The position numbers and the translations under genes are program-made. A model generated the notes under the pieces. That model searched no databases. It saw nothing but the letters and a program-made list of their open reading frames with translations, and had not been told where the DNA came from. From a virus, in IMG/VR virus record IMGVR_UViG_3300030107_002332: a stretch of 64,000 nt of DNA. One strand, given 5' to 3'. Of this stretch, positions 55,401 to 64,000 are shown one piece after another. The stretch's first letter is position 1. Each line of letters starts with the position of its first letter.

Positions 55401-55976
55401 TTAGGGCTTGACAGGTACACCAAACGGGTTGATCACTACGTTTCCTGAAACGGAAACCCGTACTCCATCATTTAATTTTGGATAAACTGTGTGCAATAAC
55501 TTGGATGGAAATATTAGGATATGCTGATTTGAATTCTCATTTATGTAAACTGGTGACACCTGTGCTTCATTAACAAACACAAAAGGTGCATCGTTCTCTA
55601 CAACATCAAGGTATACAGAGAATGAGTATAAAGAAAACGAATGTGTATGTAACTGATGCTGATCTCCTTTACGCATCTTGTTAGCCCACATCTTTACAAC
55701 TTGTAGTTTCGTTTCATCAATACCATACACTCCCATCTCTGCCTTGTGTAGCATGAAATTATTATGAATTGCCTGTCTAACATACTCATCAAACAATGGA
55801 GGTATGTCCATAGCATACTCTGCATTCTCACGATCAGTAGTGTTGATAGAATAATTTGGGTGATCTCCTAAAGGTCTACCCTTTTCAAAAGCAGCATCAG
55901 CGTACTCTTTTAATTGTTTAAAGGGTGCTTCATGTACCTTAGCACAAAGCATCTTCTGTTCAACTAACCATTCCAT
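55401..55976 (-). CDS. 2OG-Fe(II) oxygenase-like protein
   Basis: WAN, QLHTH, IFPSKLLHTVYP, RVSVSGN. Confidence 0.8.
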   Translation of the reverse strand: MEWLVEQKMLCAKVHEAPFKQLKEYADAAFEKGRPLGDHPNYSINTTDRENAEYAMDIPPLFDEYVRQAIHNNFMLHKAEMGVYGIDETKLQVVKMWANKMRKGDQHQLHTHSFSLYSFSVYLDVVENDAPFVFVNEAQVSPVYINENSNQHILIFPSKLLHTVYPKLNDGVRVSVSGNVVINPFGVPVKP

Positions 55977-56060
55977 AGTAGAAAGGGGTGCTCATGGCAC
56001 CCCTGATATTTGATTTCTGTCGGGCTTAAAGCCATGGAGTTTAGAGTCTATTGGTGAAGA

Positions 56061-56411
56061 CTATAGGACTATCTTAGCATCATCCTCAGAATCAGGTACA
56101 TTAAAAGTTATTGGTTGGGAAGAATCAAATGCCAGATTGTTAGTATCGAAACTAACATCACCAGTAGGTACTGTTATATTATAGTCTGGATCATAAGTTC
56201 CATCTGGGAACTGTATATTAATAGGATCTTCACCAAGGAAAGGTCTTCCATCTTTAGGTAATGCTTCCTTTATCTTCTTAAGTCCTTGATAATAAACAAA
56301 CAAAAGATTAAGATCATTATCATTTAAAGAATCTTTCGCATGTGCTGTATCAAATGCTTCTCTGGCAGCATTAACTGCTGCATCTAATTTTGTATGTAGT
56401 CCACAACTCAT
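56061..56411 (-). CDS. Hypothetical early protein
   Basis: 116-aa ORF behind a consensus promoter. Confidence 0.65.
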   Translation of the reverse strand: MSCGLHTKLDAAVNAAREAFDTAHAKDSLNDNDLNLLFVYYQGLKKIKEALPKDGRPFLGEDPINIQFPDGTYDPDYNITVPTGDVSFDTNNLAFDSSQPITFNVPDSEDDAKIVL

Positions 56412-56434
56412 TGGGGTTCCTCATCTATGGGTAA

Positions 56435-56463
56435 ATTATAGCACCAAGATGGCAGAGTGTCAA
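56435..56463 (-). promoter_or_regulatory. Consensus sigma70 promoter
   Basis: TTGACA-17-TATAAT. Confidence 0.82.
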
Positions 56464-56951
56464 TCCTGTGTACCAGTTCTAAAATAGTCCTTCCTCATAT
56501 ACCTGCCCAGTATATTACTATTGTAATACGCTGGAGTACCATCAGAGTTCTCTTCAGTCAGTACATTATGTATGAATAACTGTCGAGTCTCCTCATAGTT
56601 TACCTTACCTGCTGTCTTATGTAAACTTATTATTTCCCTACGGAAGGCTTGGTTCCCCAGAAGTTTCCTGTCTTCTGTAAGTTCCTTAGAACTTCCGTAG
56701 TATGCCTTCCAGTTACTTTCACTCGTCCGTTTGCGTCTGCTATTTCCAGACTTTCTACGTTGTGTGAAGTACTTCCTCCCGATATATTGTTTACCCGATT
56801 GGAGATTTGTAATCCTGTAGACAAAACCGAAGAACTCGCCAATATCAGCAGAAGTGAAAGTTGTACCTTCGTATGTCCAGGGGTTGTCATAATCTCTTGT
56901 ATTATCTTTTTCATTAGTCGCATTCTCCGTCTTCATCATTAATTTGGGCAT
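56460..56951 (-). CDS. GIY-YIG endonuclease (T4 EndoII-like)
   Basis: GFVYRIT...YIGRK, YYGSS, YEE, YYNSNI; start uncertain. Confidence 0.8.
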   Translation of the reverse strand: MPKLMMKTENATNEKDNTRDYDNPWTYEGTTFTSADIGEFFGFVYRITNLQSGKQYIGRKYFTQRRKSGNSRRKRTSESNWKAYYGSSKELTEDRKLLGNQAFRREIISLHKTAGKVNYEETRQLFIHNVLTEENSDGTPAYYNSNILGRYMRKDYFRTGTQD

Positions 56952-57075
56952 AGGATTTTATTCCATCACCACTATCTATACGATAAGCGTTAACATCAGA
57001 ATATACCTCAGCTTTTAACTCTGCTAATGCCCTTTCTATATCCGTTATTAATACTTTTAAATTTGTTTTACTCAT
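56914..57075 (-). CDS. Small hypothetical protein
   Basis: MSKTNLKVLITDIERALAELKAEVYSD. Confidence 0.6.
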   Translation of the reverse strand: MSKTNLKVLITDIERALAELKAEVYSDVNAYRIDSGDGIKSYAQINDEDGECD

Positions 57076-57236
57076 TGATAATATTCTTCTAGTATATCCA
57101 ACGATCTGTTTAGGTACTTGTCTGCACCTATGCATTCCCACTCACCCATTTCATTACGATCACATTTATCTTTAAGCTCAACCTTAAGCTTCATAAGTTT
57201 AGCAGTCATCTCTACTTTGGATAAGCGTCCGTTCAT
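57072..57236 (-). CDS. Small hypothetical protein
   Basis: MNGRLSKVEM...; ATGA-type overlap with talC. Confidence 0.6.
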   Translation of the reverse strand: MNGRLSKVEMTAKLMKLKVELKDKCDRNEMGEWECIGADKYLNRSLDILEEYYQ

Positions 57237-57892
57237 GGTAGCCTCTTTTGTAATTGTGTCCAATCATTATCGAATTTTTCAAGACCCGAATCAGTTAAGC
57301 AGTGGTCATACATTTTATTAAATATATCCCAAGGCAGAGTACAGATATCAGCCCCCACTCGAAAACACTTTGCGACTTGAATTGGGTCTCTAATTGAAGC
57401 AGCAAGTATTTCAGTCTCACGATTGTGTGTTGTAAATACATCAGAAATTTCCTCCACTACGTCAATACCATCCCAGTATTGATCGTTTAATCTACCTATA
57501 AAAGGTGACACATATTTTGCACCTGCCTTAGATGCAAGTATAGCTTGGTTAGCAGAGAATACTAATGTAACATTAACAGGTACATCATCCTCTGACAAAT
57601 CTTTACATGCTTTAAGACCTGTTCTTGTACAAGGTACTTTAATAGTAATGTTAGCACCTAACTCAAGATAAGTATCAGCCATGGCTAGCATGTCTTCTAC
57701 TGTTTCACCTACTACTTCTGCCGATATCGAAGCATGGAATGGAAATATATCTGATATTTCTTTTATAACTTCCAATGGGTTATGTCCATTCTTTAGCATC
57801 AACGAGGGGTTAGTTGTTACACCGTCGATTAACCCTGTAGAAAAAGATTGTTTTATTAGATCGACATCAGAGCAGTCTAAAAATATTTTCAT
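57233..57892 (-). CDS. talC: Transaldolase (TalC family)
   Basis: DGVTTNPSL, TIKVP, NVTL.FS, SPFIGR, ASIR. Confidence 0.95.
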   Translation of the reverse strand: MKIFLDCSDVDLIKQSFSTGLIDGVTTNPSLMLKNGHNPLEVIKEISDIFPFHASISAEVVGETVEDMLAMADTYLELGANITIKVPCTRTGLKACKDLSEDDVPVNVTLVFSANQAILASKAGAKYVSPFIGRLNDQYWDGIDVVEEISDVFTTHNRETEILAASIRDPIQVAKCFRVGADICTLPWDIFNKMYDHCLTDSGLEKFDNDWTQLQKRLP

Positions 57893-57933
57893 GACAGTCT
57901 CATTTTGTTATTCATTATTTATAATTATACCAT

Positions 57934-57960
57934 AAAAAAAGAGACCCTGCAATGGGTCTC
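57934..57960 (-). terminator. Intrinsic terminator followed by talC promoters
   Basis: GAGACCC/GGGTCTC plus U7; TGGTATAAT and TATAAATA (57916-57923) follow. Confidence 0.85.
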
Positions 57961-57989
57961 TTCGTAAGTTATGTCACGGTTTATGAACC

Positions 57990-58130
57990 TTATGCTCTAA
58001 CATACTTCTTGGTATAATTCATACCTCTGTACATTAGTTCATGGTTCCTTTCCTGTGCTGCTTCCTGCAGTACCTGCTTACGATACTCTTCAGTATCGTA
58101 CTTTGTTCCTCTATATGTGACTTGTGCCAT
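57990..58130 (-). CDS. DUF4278-like 'downstream peptide' (46 aa)
   Basis: MAQVTYRGTKY...LMYRG; AGGAG SD. Confidence 0.85.
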   Translation of the reverse strand: MAQVTYRGTKYDTEEYRKQVLQEAAQERNHELMYRGMNYTKKYVRA

Positions 58131-58162
58131 TGTTCTAACTCCTAAAGTAGTTGGATTTTTAG

Positions 58163-58337
58163 CCCGTTCCTTTAGTCGTTTGCGTCCCAACATTCCTTTG
58201 TCTCTTCCTTAATGACCTGAATCATTTCAGATCTAACATCTTCCTCAACATTATATGAATTCATCTTATCGATGAGAACATTAGCATCGGAACAAGTAAA
58301 AGAAGTGGCAATTAAAAATGGAATCATGGGATGAACG
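58163..58337 (-). ncRNA. Glutamine riboswitch (Downstream-peptide/glutamine-II type), split by an ORF
   Basis: 5' half CGUUCAUCCC and 3' half GGGACGCAAACGACUAAAGGAACGGG; CUAAAG pairs with CUUUAG at the DUF4278 SD. Confidence 0.7.
58172..58327 (-). CDS. 51-aa ORF nested in riboswitch loop
   Basis: MIPFLIATSFTCSDANVLIDK...KECWDAND; absent from ORF track. Confidence 0.6.
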   Translation of the reverse strand: MIPFLIATSFTCSDANVLIDKMNSYNVEEDVRSEMIQVIKEETKECWDAND

Positions 58338-58340
58338 TTC

Positions 58341-58378
58341 CGTTCCGCGACTTACTTGCAACCCCGAAGGGTCGAACG
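58341..58378 (-). ncRNA. Compact glutamine-riboswitch-like aptamer (upstream tandem copy)
   Basis: CGUUC-GA-CCC UUCG GGG-UUGCAAGUAAGUCGC-GGAACG. Confidence 0.6.
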
Positions 58379-58404
58379 TATTGGTAGCATGCTACCTTCG
58401 TTAC

Positions 58405-58412
58405 TATTTATA
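58405..58412 (-). promoter_or_regulatory. Late promoter TATAAATA
   Basis: Exact consensus upstream of the riboswitches. Confidence 0.7.
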
Positions 58413-58461
58413 TCACGAATCCCTCATAAAAGGGTTCATAATGTAACAATATGTGTGTGGT

Positions 58462-58645
58462 GTGGTGGGAGGTTGGATTTATGTGTACCAACAAGTAAGG
58501 GGCATTGCTACATGAGTAGATTTTTACCTTACTATCTGCGTCCCGTCTGGTATGATCGGTTCTGGTTCTAACCCCTCGGCAGGTCCAGCGGCCACCACGC
58601 CTGACGCATCACCTTAACTAGCCTTATGCCAGCAAGTTTATTCAG
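58462..58645 (-). ncRNA. manA-like structured RNA
   Basis: GC-richer non-coding stretch GAAUAAAC..GGCAU..GUUAAGGUGAUG..GGUGG..ACCAG..AAUGCC..UGUUGGUA..AUCCAACCUCCC; family named from recall. Confidence 0.6.
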
Positions 58646-58928
58646 TCACTCCCTGCTGAGAACCGTCGCTCTCAACATCTGTATTATAACCCTCCTGCAT
58701 CATCTTGTCAAGCTCTTTTGATTTTTTCTTTTCCATCTCCCAAACCGCAGCAGCAATCTGACCAGGTACTAAGTCTTGACCAGTACTAGCCAGCAACTCA
58801 TCCCACTGTTCTTCTGCTGATTTTTTTATAGCATTTTTCATATCTTCTAAGTCCCACTGTATCTCATCAGAGTTTGAATCCTGCGAATGATTTTTCTGTG
58901 ACATCTTGTTTGATTCCTCCAACGACAT
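58638..58928 (-). CDS. Acidic hypothetical protein
   Basis: 96-aa ORF downstream of nrdB. Confidence 0.55.
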   Translation of the reverse strand: MSLEESNKMSQKNHSQDSNSDEIQWDLEDMKNAIKKSAEEQWDELLASTGQDLVPGQIAAAVWEMEKKKSKELDKMMQEGYNTDVESDGSQQGVTE

Positions 58929-60027
58929 AGCTTTCGATCTCCGTTTCTTGTGGTGCGTTTTGTTGACCCTTACTATTGAGCCAGTGTTCTGTCCAAGGTA
59001 ATGGATTATTTCTAAGAGGTTGATCGTAGATAGGTTTGATACCTACTGCTTTCATCCTCCTATTAGCTATCCATTCCACATAGTTATGTAACAATCTGTC
59101 ATTAAGACCAATCATACTACCACCTTTGAACAGATAATTAGCCCACTCCTTCTCTTCATTAACAGTAGTTCTAAACATTTCTGTAACAGTTTCTTTCTCT
59201 TGCTCTACTATCTCTTGCATCTCAGGGTCATCACCATTAGCCCAGTTCTTTAATATCTGTTGTGTTATTACTAAGTGTTGCGATTCATCTCTCGCAATGA
59301 GCGATAAGATCTTTGCACTTCCCTCCATGAGTTTGTTTTCACCGAAGGCAAAAGAGCAAGCAAAGCTAACGTAAAAACGTATACCTTCGAGTATATTGAC
59401 ATTTGCGACAGCTCTGTAGAGAGATCGCTTGAGGTCTCTTCTTGTCCATTCTGCATTGATATGTTCCTTCCAATCTGGTTTCCAATTATTACTCTGTCCA
59501 TAATCCTGAGCATACTTAATGAAATCATCGTAAGATTTTGTAACACTCTCTGCTCTCTTAATTATATTATCATCCTCAAGGATGGTATCAAATACATCTG
59601 CAGGGTTAGAGTATACATTCTTAATAATATATGTGTATGATCTGGAGTGTATCATCTCCATGAACTGCCACACTGTCATACATGCTTCTAGTTCTGGTAG
59701 AGAACAGTAAGGTATGAATGCCATACCAGGTGCTCTACCTTGAACAGAATCCAACATGATCTGATACTTCAAGTTAGAAGTAAAGATATGTTTCTGTTGA
59801 TCTGTAAGTTGTGCATAGTCTGCACGATCTTTCTGGAGTGATACCTCTTCAGGTCTCCAGAAATATCCTAACTGTTGTTGTGTCAGTCGATCAAATGTAG
59901 GATAACGATACGAATCATAACGCTGAACACTTAATGGTGCACCAAAAAACATTGGTTGCTTAGTAGTATCAACTGCGTTAGTGTTGAATACTGTCATACC
60001 ATCAATATCAGACTGCACAACTGTCAC
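58867..60027 (-). CDS. nrdB: Ribonucleotide reductase class Ia beta subunit
   Basis: FWRPEEV, EMIHSRSY, EGIRFY, RDE..H, QETE. Confidence 0.97.
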   Translation of the reverse strand: MTVVQSDIDGMTVFNTNAVDTTKQPMFFGAPLSVQRYDSYRYPTFDRLTQQQLGYFWRPEEVSLQKDRADYAQLTDQQKHIFTSNLKYQIMLDSVQGRAPGMAFIPYCSLPELEACMTVWQFMEMIHSRSYTYIIKNVYSNPADVFDTILEDDNIIKRAESVTKSYDDFIKYAQDYGQSNNWKPDWKEHINAEWTRRDLKRSLYRAVANVNILEGIRFYVSFACSFAFGENKLMEGSAKILSLIARDESQHLVITQQILKNWANGDDPEMQEIVEQEKETVTEMFRTTVNEEKEWANYLFKGGSMIGLNDRLLHNYVEWIANRRMKAVGIKPIYDQPLRNNPLPWTEHWLNSKGQQNAPQETEIESYVVGGIKQDVTEKSFAGFKL

Positions 60028-62335
60028 AGACCTCCTCCTCAGTAGTAAGTATATTGTTAATTAATTCATCTACATCTTTTATATCATCTTTCCATCCTAT
60101 AGGATGTGCTGGTTCATCTATATCCTTCTTAGCATCATATGTATTCTGATAGTAAGAAGTCTTCCATCCATACTTGTAAGTTGTTAGAAGATCATTTGCC
60201 ATAACAGATACAGGTACTTCATTATCAGGATAGTTCTCTGGATTGTATGACCAGTTACCACTGATCGCTTGGTCAAAGAACTTCTGCATTACAGCAGTAA
60301 CTTTAATGTATCCTTCATTGGATTTCATATCCCAAAGAAGTGTGTAGTTATTTTTCAAAGACCCATAAGACGGAACCACCTGCTTAAGAGGCCCTTTCTT
60401 TGATTTCTTAATGGACAGGTAGTCTCTAGGAGGTTCGATTCCATTGGTAGCGTTTGACACAACGGAACTGCTCTCCGAAGGCATTTGTGCGGACAAAGTG
60501 CTGTGCCTGAGTCCATACTGTTTAATCCTCCCCCGTAAAAATTCCCAATCACATGATAGGTCATTCGGTACTATCTCATCCACATCCTTCTTATATGTAT
60601 CGATAGGAAGAATACCTTTAGCATACTTTGTATGACCAAAGTAACCGCAAGGACCCTTCTCCATTGATAATGAATTGGATGCACTAAGTAAAGCAAATTG
60701 GAATCTCTCAGTGAGTTTGTGAACTAAGTCGTAAGCCTCCTGACTATCATACTTAGCACCATGCCGAGCAAGATAATGTGCGAGTCCAATGTACCCAATA
60801 CCGAGAGAACGCCTGTTCTTAGTCGAACTCTCTGCTGCTTTGACTGGGTAATTTTGATAATCAATAAGAGCATCAAGACCCCTAACAGCAAGTTCACAAA
60901 GTTCATCTAACTCCTCCAACTTATTAATCTTACCTACGTTAATAGCAGAGAGAATACACAATGCTATCTCACCACCACCATCTATATGTTGAATAGGATC
61001 TGTAGGTAGTGTGATCTCTTGACATAGGTTACTCATGTTCACCTTATCATTAAAAGATGAATGAGTATTACAATGATCTATATTCATAATGTAAATACGA
61101 CCAGTCTCTGCTCTCTCCTTAAGGAGATCTAATATGAGTTCTTGTGCAGCAATAGTTTTTCTCGGAATATCTGCTTGCCCCTCGGCTCGTATGTAGAGTT
61201 CGTCGAACTCGTCAGTACCAAAAGCGTCATAGAGACCAGGAACATCGTGAGGAGAAAATAAACTGATATCTTCATTGGAAATAAATCTCTCATAAAATAG
61301 TTTGGATATCTGTATACTGTAATCTAACTTCCGAACTCTGTTGTCTTCTGTTCCTTTGTTGTTCTTGAGGACGAGGATGTCTTGGATTTCTTGGTGCCAT
61401 ATTGGGAAGTGTACTGTTGCACTGCCTCCCCTGATGCCATTTTGAGTACAGCATCGAACAGTTGACTCAAACTTTTTAAGGAACGGGACGACACCTGTGT
61501 GCTGAACTTCTCCGCCTCTGATTTTGCTGTTGATCCCCCTGATGCGACCCGCGTTAATACCGATACCTGCCCTTTGAGCGACATAGTAGCCAATAGCCAT
61601 ATCACTGCTAAAGATACTATCGATGGTGTCATCAACATCAACCAGAACACAACTTGCAAATTGGCGAATGGGGGTTCTAACTCCCGCCATGACTGGTGTT
61701 GGGATGTTGATTCTGTGTTTGGAGATTGCGTCATAATACTTTTTAATATAATCTAAACGATAAAACTTATCATCATCTTGAAAGAGTGTCGCTGCTATCA
61801 TGATATACATGAACTGAGGAGTCTCATAGATCTCTCCAGTACTTCTATCTTGTACAAGATACTTATCACATACCTGACGCATACCTGCATAGGTAAAAAG
61901 ATAGTCTCTGTCGTGATCGATGATACTATTTAACTTGTCCCATTCCTCGTCAGTAAATTTATTAAGAATGTCCTTATCATACACACCTTTTTCGCAACAT
62001 GTTTTAACATGTTCATGTAGTGGTGGATGCTTATCTGGATGACCGTTGTAAATTGCTTTCCTTAAACCAAATAATAATAGTCTTGCAGCAACAAACTGAT
62101 AGTTAGGATTGTCGAGAGTGATTAAATCATTAGCAGAACGAATTAAAATCTCTTGAATATCAGCAGTCTGTATACCATCATAGAACTGGAGACCTGAATT
62201 CATCTCCACTGCTGACTCAGACACACCTGCAAGACCTTCACAGGCATGCTCTACCATCTTATGAACCTTTTCAAGGTTAAGTTCTGTACTCTCTCCGTTT
62301 CTCTTTACTACTTTAGTAGTCATACTTTCTTCCAT
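60008..62335 (-). CDS. nrdA: Ribonucleotide reductase class Ia alpha subunit
   Basis: ATP cone, FASCVL, SNLCQEI, CILS, MPSESSS, C-terminal CDSC. Confidence 0.97.
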   Translation of the reverse strand: MEESMTTKVVKRNGESTELNLEKVHKMVEHACEGLAGVSESAVEMNSGLQFYDGIQTADIQEILIRSANDLITLDNPNYQFVAARLLLFGLRKAIYNGHPDKHPPLHEHVKTCCEKGVYDKDILNKFTDEEWDKLNSIIDHDRDYLFTYAGMRQVCDKYLVQDRSTGEIYETPQFMYIMIAATLFQDDDKFYRLDYIKKYYDAISKHRINIPTPVMAGVRTPIRQFASCVLVDVDDTIDSIFSSDMAIGYYVAQRAGIGINAGRIRGINSKIRGGEVQHTGVVPFLKKFESTVRCCTQNGIRGGSATVHFPIWHQEIQDILVLKNNKGTEDNRVRKLDYSIQISKLFYERFISNEDISLFSPHDVPGLYDAFGTDEFDELYIRAEGQADIPRKTIAAQELILDLLKERAETGRIYIMNIDHCNTHSSFNDKVNMSNLCQEITLPTDPIQHIDGGGEIALCILSAINVGKINKLEELDELCELAVRGLDALIDYQNYPVKAAESSTKNRRSLGIGYIGLAHYLARHGAKYDSQEAYDLVHKLTERFQFALLSASNSLSMEKGPCGYFGHTKYAKGILPIDTYKKDVDEIVPNDLSCDWEFLRGRIKQYGLRHSTLSAQMPSESSSVVSNATNGIEPPRDYLSIKKSKKGPLKQVVPSYGSLKNNYTLLWDMKSNEGYIKVTAVMQKFFDQAISGNWSYNPENYPDNEVPVSVMANDLLTTYKYGWKTSYYQNTYDAKKDIDEPAHPIGWKDDIKDVDELINNILTTEEEVCDSCAV

Positions 62336-63300
62336 TCGGTTAGTTTTACTTGTGCTTCAAGTCCCTGATAGATATTTGATTCTACCAGAGTTTGAACATC
62401 ATGTCCAGCGAGGTGCATATCATTTATGTCCTTTTCCTTAATATTGGATGGGAAGATCACTATCTTCTCTCCTCTATCGATGGACTTGGAGATTCTGTTG
62501 ACGATTTCTCTGTTACGAGGTTCGTTATCAAAAATCCAAATATAATTGCTCCAACCAAACGTCCGACTATCAACGTCAGACCCAGCCATCGCAATGGAAT
62601 TGCCCAAGAGCGTTGAGTCAAACGGTCCTTCAACGACGTAGATTGCTTTAGATGTATCAACTCTATCTAATCCATATACTTTAGGTTTATTCTCATCCAA
62701 CATGATAGTGATGTATCTCATCTTGTCTGTTGGATTTAAAGATCTTCCTTGAAAACCGAACCATTTATTATCCTTATCAATGAAAGGGATTATGATTCGA
62801 GGATGATCTATTTTGACATCTGTGAACGTTGGTTTCTGTGTGTTTACCCAAGTACAAAACTTATCCGTATAATAAAATAACGAAGGATCTAACCTTCGTT
62901 TTACGATGTACTTGTATGCTGGATGCGAAATATTTAGCTCCGAAACTTTCTTCAGATTTCCAGTCTTTTTAAATACTGGTTTCTTAAATTTTGGTTTCGG
63001 AACATAAGATCCTTTACCCGATGTTCCACTCTTATACCTCTCCATGATGTACTGATCATAGAGATCTGGTGCTTGATCCTTGAGGAAGTTTGGTAACGTC
63101 CTCCCAACGCCACAGTTATGGCATTTGTATACCATATCTGCCTTAACTCTGAAGAAATACCCTCGTGCCTTATTCTTGTGCTTCTGTGAGTCCCCACAGT
63201 AGGGACACCTGAAATTATACAGGTCTGCCTTCTTCCTTACAAACTTATCAAGTCTGCCAGATAGAAGCGTTACATAATGAGCATCAACAAATTCAGACAA
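62320..63300 (-). CDS. gp61: DNA primase
   Basis: CPYCGDS...CHNC zinc ribbon, VEGPFDS, DNEPRN, KDIND; TTG start at 63300 preferred. Confidence 0.93.
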   Translation of the reverse strand: MSEFVDAHYVTLLSGRLDKFVRKKADLYNFRCPYCGDSQKHKNKARGYFFRVKADMVYKCHNCGVGRTLPNFLKDQAPDLYDQYIMERYKSGTSGKGSYVPKPKFKKPVFKKTGNLKKVSELNISHPAYKYIVKRRLDPSLFYYTDKFCTWVNTQKPTFTDVKIDHPRIIIPFIDKDNKWFGFQGRSLNPTDKMRYITIMLDENKPKVYGLDRVDTSKAIYVVEGPFDSTLLGNSIAMAGSDVDSRTFGWSNYIWIFDNEPRNREIVNRISKSIDRGEKIVIFPSNIKEKDINDMHLAGHDVQTLVESNIYQGLEAQVKLTEWKKV

Positions 63301-63682
63301 CGAGATGGACTTCAGATACATCCATCATACTACGTGCATTTGTGTCTGTCAAGTTTCTGAGTGCCGATTGTCCGATTGGACTAACCAAGAAACTAATAAT
63401 AGCAAGACCACCAAAGATAGACCACATTTTCTTTTCCATGACTCGAAGACGGTCATCGACTTTTCTGATGTCTCTTTCACAACCTTTCTTTATCTCCTCT
63501 GCTCTACGGTTTACTTCACGGTGAACCGACTCCACCTTCTCAAACAATACAGCATCTATTCTATCCTGCTTATCCAACTTCTCATTATGGACAGCAAGAA
63601 GTTGACCCATCTTAACTGAGTTCTCCTGAAGAGTCTCCACCACCTTTTCCAGGCGTTCTAGAATAGCGGTGTTAACGTCCAT
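63293..63682 (-). CDS. Coiled-coil protein with C-terminal TM segment
   Basis: Heptads then WSIFGGLAIISFLV. Confidence 0.7.
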   Translation of the reverse strand: MDVNTAILERLEKVVETLQENSVKMGQLLAVHNEKLDKQDRIDAVLFEKVESVHREVNRRAEEIKKGCERDIRKVDDRLRVMEKKMWSIFGGLAIISFLVSPIGQSALRNLTDTNARSMMDVSEVHLVV

Positions 63683-63976
63683 TTACTTGTTATAATCTTG
63701 AGTATTACCACCAACACGACCTTTCGCTTTCAGTTGCTGTGTCTTCTTCTGCAACTGCTTACGAATGTTTTTAATTTTTAAAATTGCTTTCTTCTTTTCT
63801 AACTGATTCTTCTGAAGAGTCAGTTGTCTCTGCATCTGCTTCTCGTCAGTAGTCTCATAGACAACATCTTCTCTCTTATATGCAGGAACCTTTGCACCTT
63901 TAACACCTCTTCTTGCCTTGTGCTCTTCTCTACGCTTATCAATTAACTTACCTCTTTTATTCTCTGGATCAAACAT
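63683..63976 (-). CDS. Basic coiled-coil hypothetical protein
   Basis: 97-aa K/Q-rich ORF. Confidence 0.5.
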   Translation of the reverse strand: MFDPENKRGKLIDKRREEHKARRGVKGAKVPAYKREDVVYETTDEKQMQRQLTLQKNQLEKKKAILKIKNIRKQLQKKTQQLKAKGRVGGNTQDYNK

Positions 63977-64000
63977 TGCTGGTTCACCATGTCCAGGTCC

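Noticed and set aside
56630-56923. Second minus-strand ORF overlapping the GIY-YIG gene
   Set aside because: Out-of-frame shadow of the nuclease gene with no recognisable motifs, although its ATG does overlap the upstream stop
56460-56951. GIY-YIG protein as a mobile homing endonuclease
   Set aside because: Short single-domain form without a DNA-binding extension, not in an intron; better explained as an EndoII-like core nuclease
58356-58571. Plus-strand 71-aa ORF
   Set aside because: Antisense to the riboswitch and manA-like RNA; no coding features
58462-58645. tRNA or tmRNA in the GC-rich intergenic stretch
   Set aside because: No cloverleaf, TTCGA arm or tag-peptide frame; fits a manA-like RNA better
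51487-62335. Introns or inteins in psbA, nrdA, nrdB
   Set aside because: All are continuous and of normal length
1-64000. Stop-codon reassignment or recoded genome
   Set aside because: Core genes translate full-length with the standard bacterial code and end at expected positions with all three stop codons

Overview
64 kb of a T4-like cyanomyovirus genome (AT-rich, almost all genes on the minus strand). The host is probably Prochlorococcus, judged from the Prochlorococcus-type D1 and low GC. Layout: (i) 1-17.7 kb, tail-fibre/virion accessory region, including an array of fibre-like proteins with a shared adaptor module and a tightly overlapped cassette of beta-propeller proteins, a U32-like/methyltransferase fusion, a 2OG oxygenase and an ion-transporter-type permease; (ii) 17.7-20.9 kb, nifU-like, pcyA, petF and small ORFs; (iii) 20.9-36.3 kb, baseplate/tail genes (gp5, hub, two tape-measure-like paralogues, gp51/gp26, gp54-like, gp4, gp48, gp53) with cpeT and cp12; (iv) 36.3-47 kb, gp32, gp33, exonuclease, phoH, thyX, halogenase-like, glutaredoxin, OMP-like; (v) 47-58.6 kb, purC, purN, an MjaI-like restriction-modification pair, psbA, hli genes, talC, glutamine riboswitches and a manA-like RNA; (vi) nrdB, nrdA, primase. 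Best leads: an apparent programmed -1 frameshift fusing gp26 to a start-less gp51 just upstream of the tape-measure-like genes (lambda G/GT logic); the propeller/U32-methyltransferase/2OG/permease cassette; a 51-codon ORF nested inside a glutamine riboswitch in a tandem arrangement; and a phage R-M pair driven by a promoter embedded in the psbA terminator. Family assignments come from motif recognition by eye, not from database searches. No tRNA, CRISPR array, intron or intein was seen.
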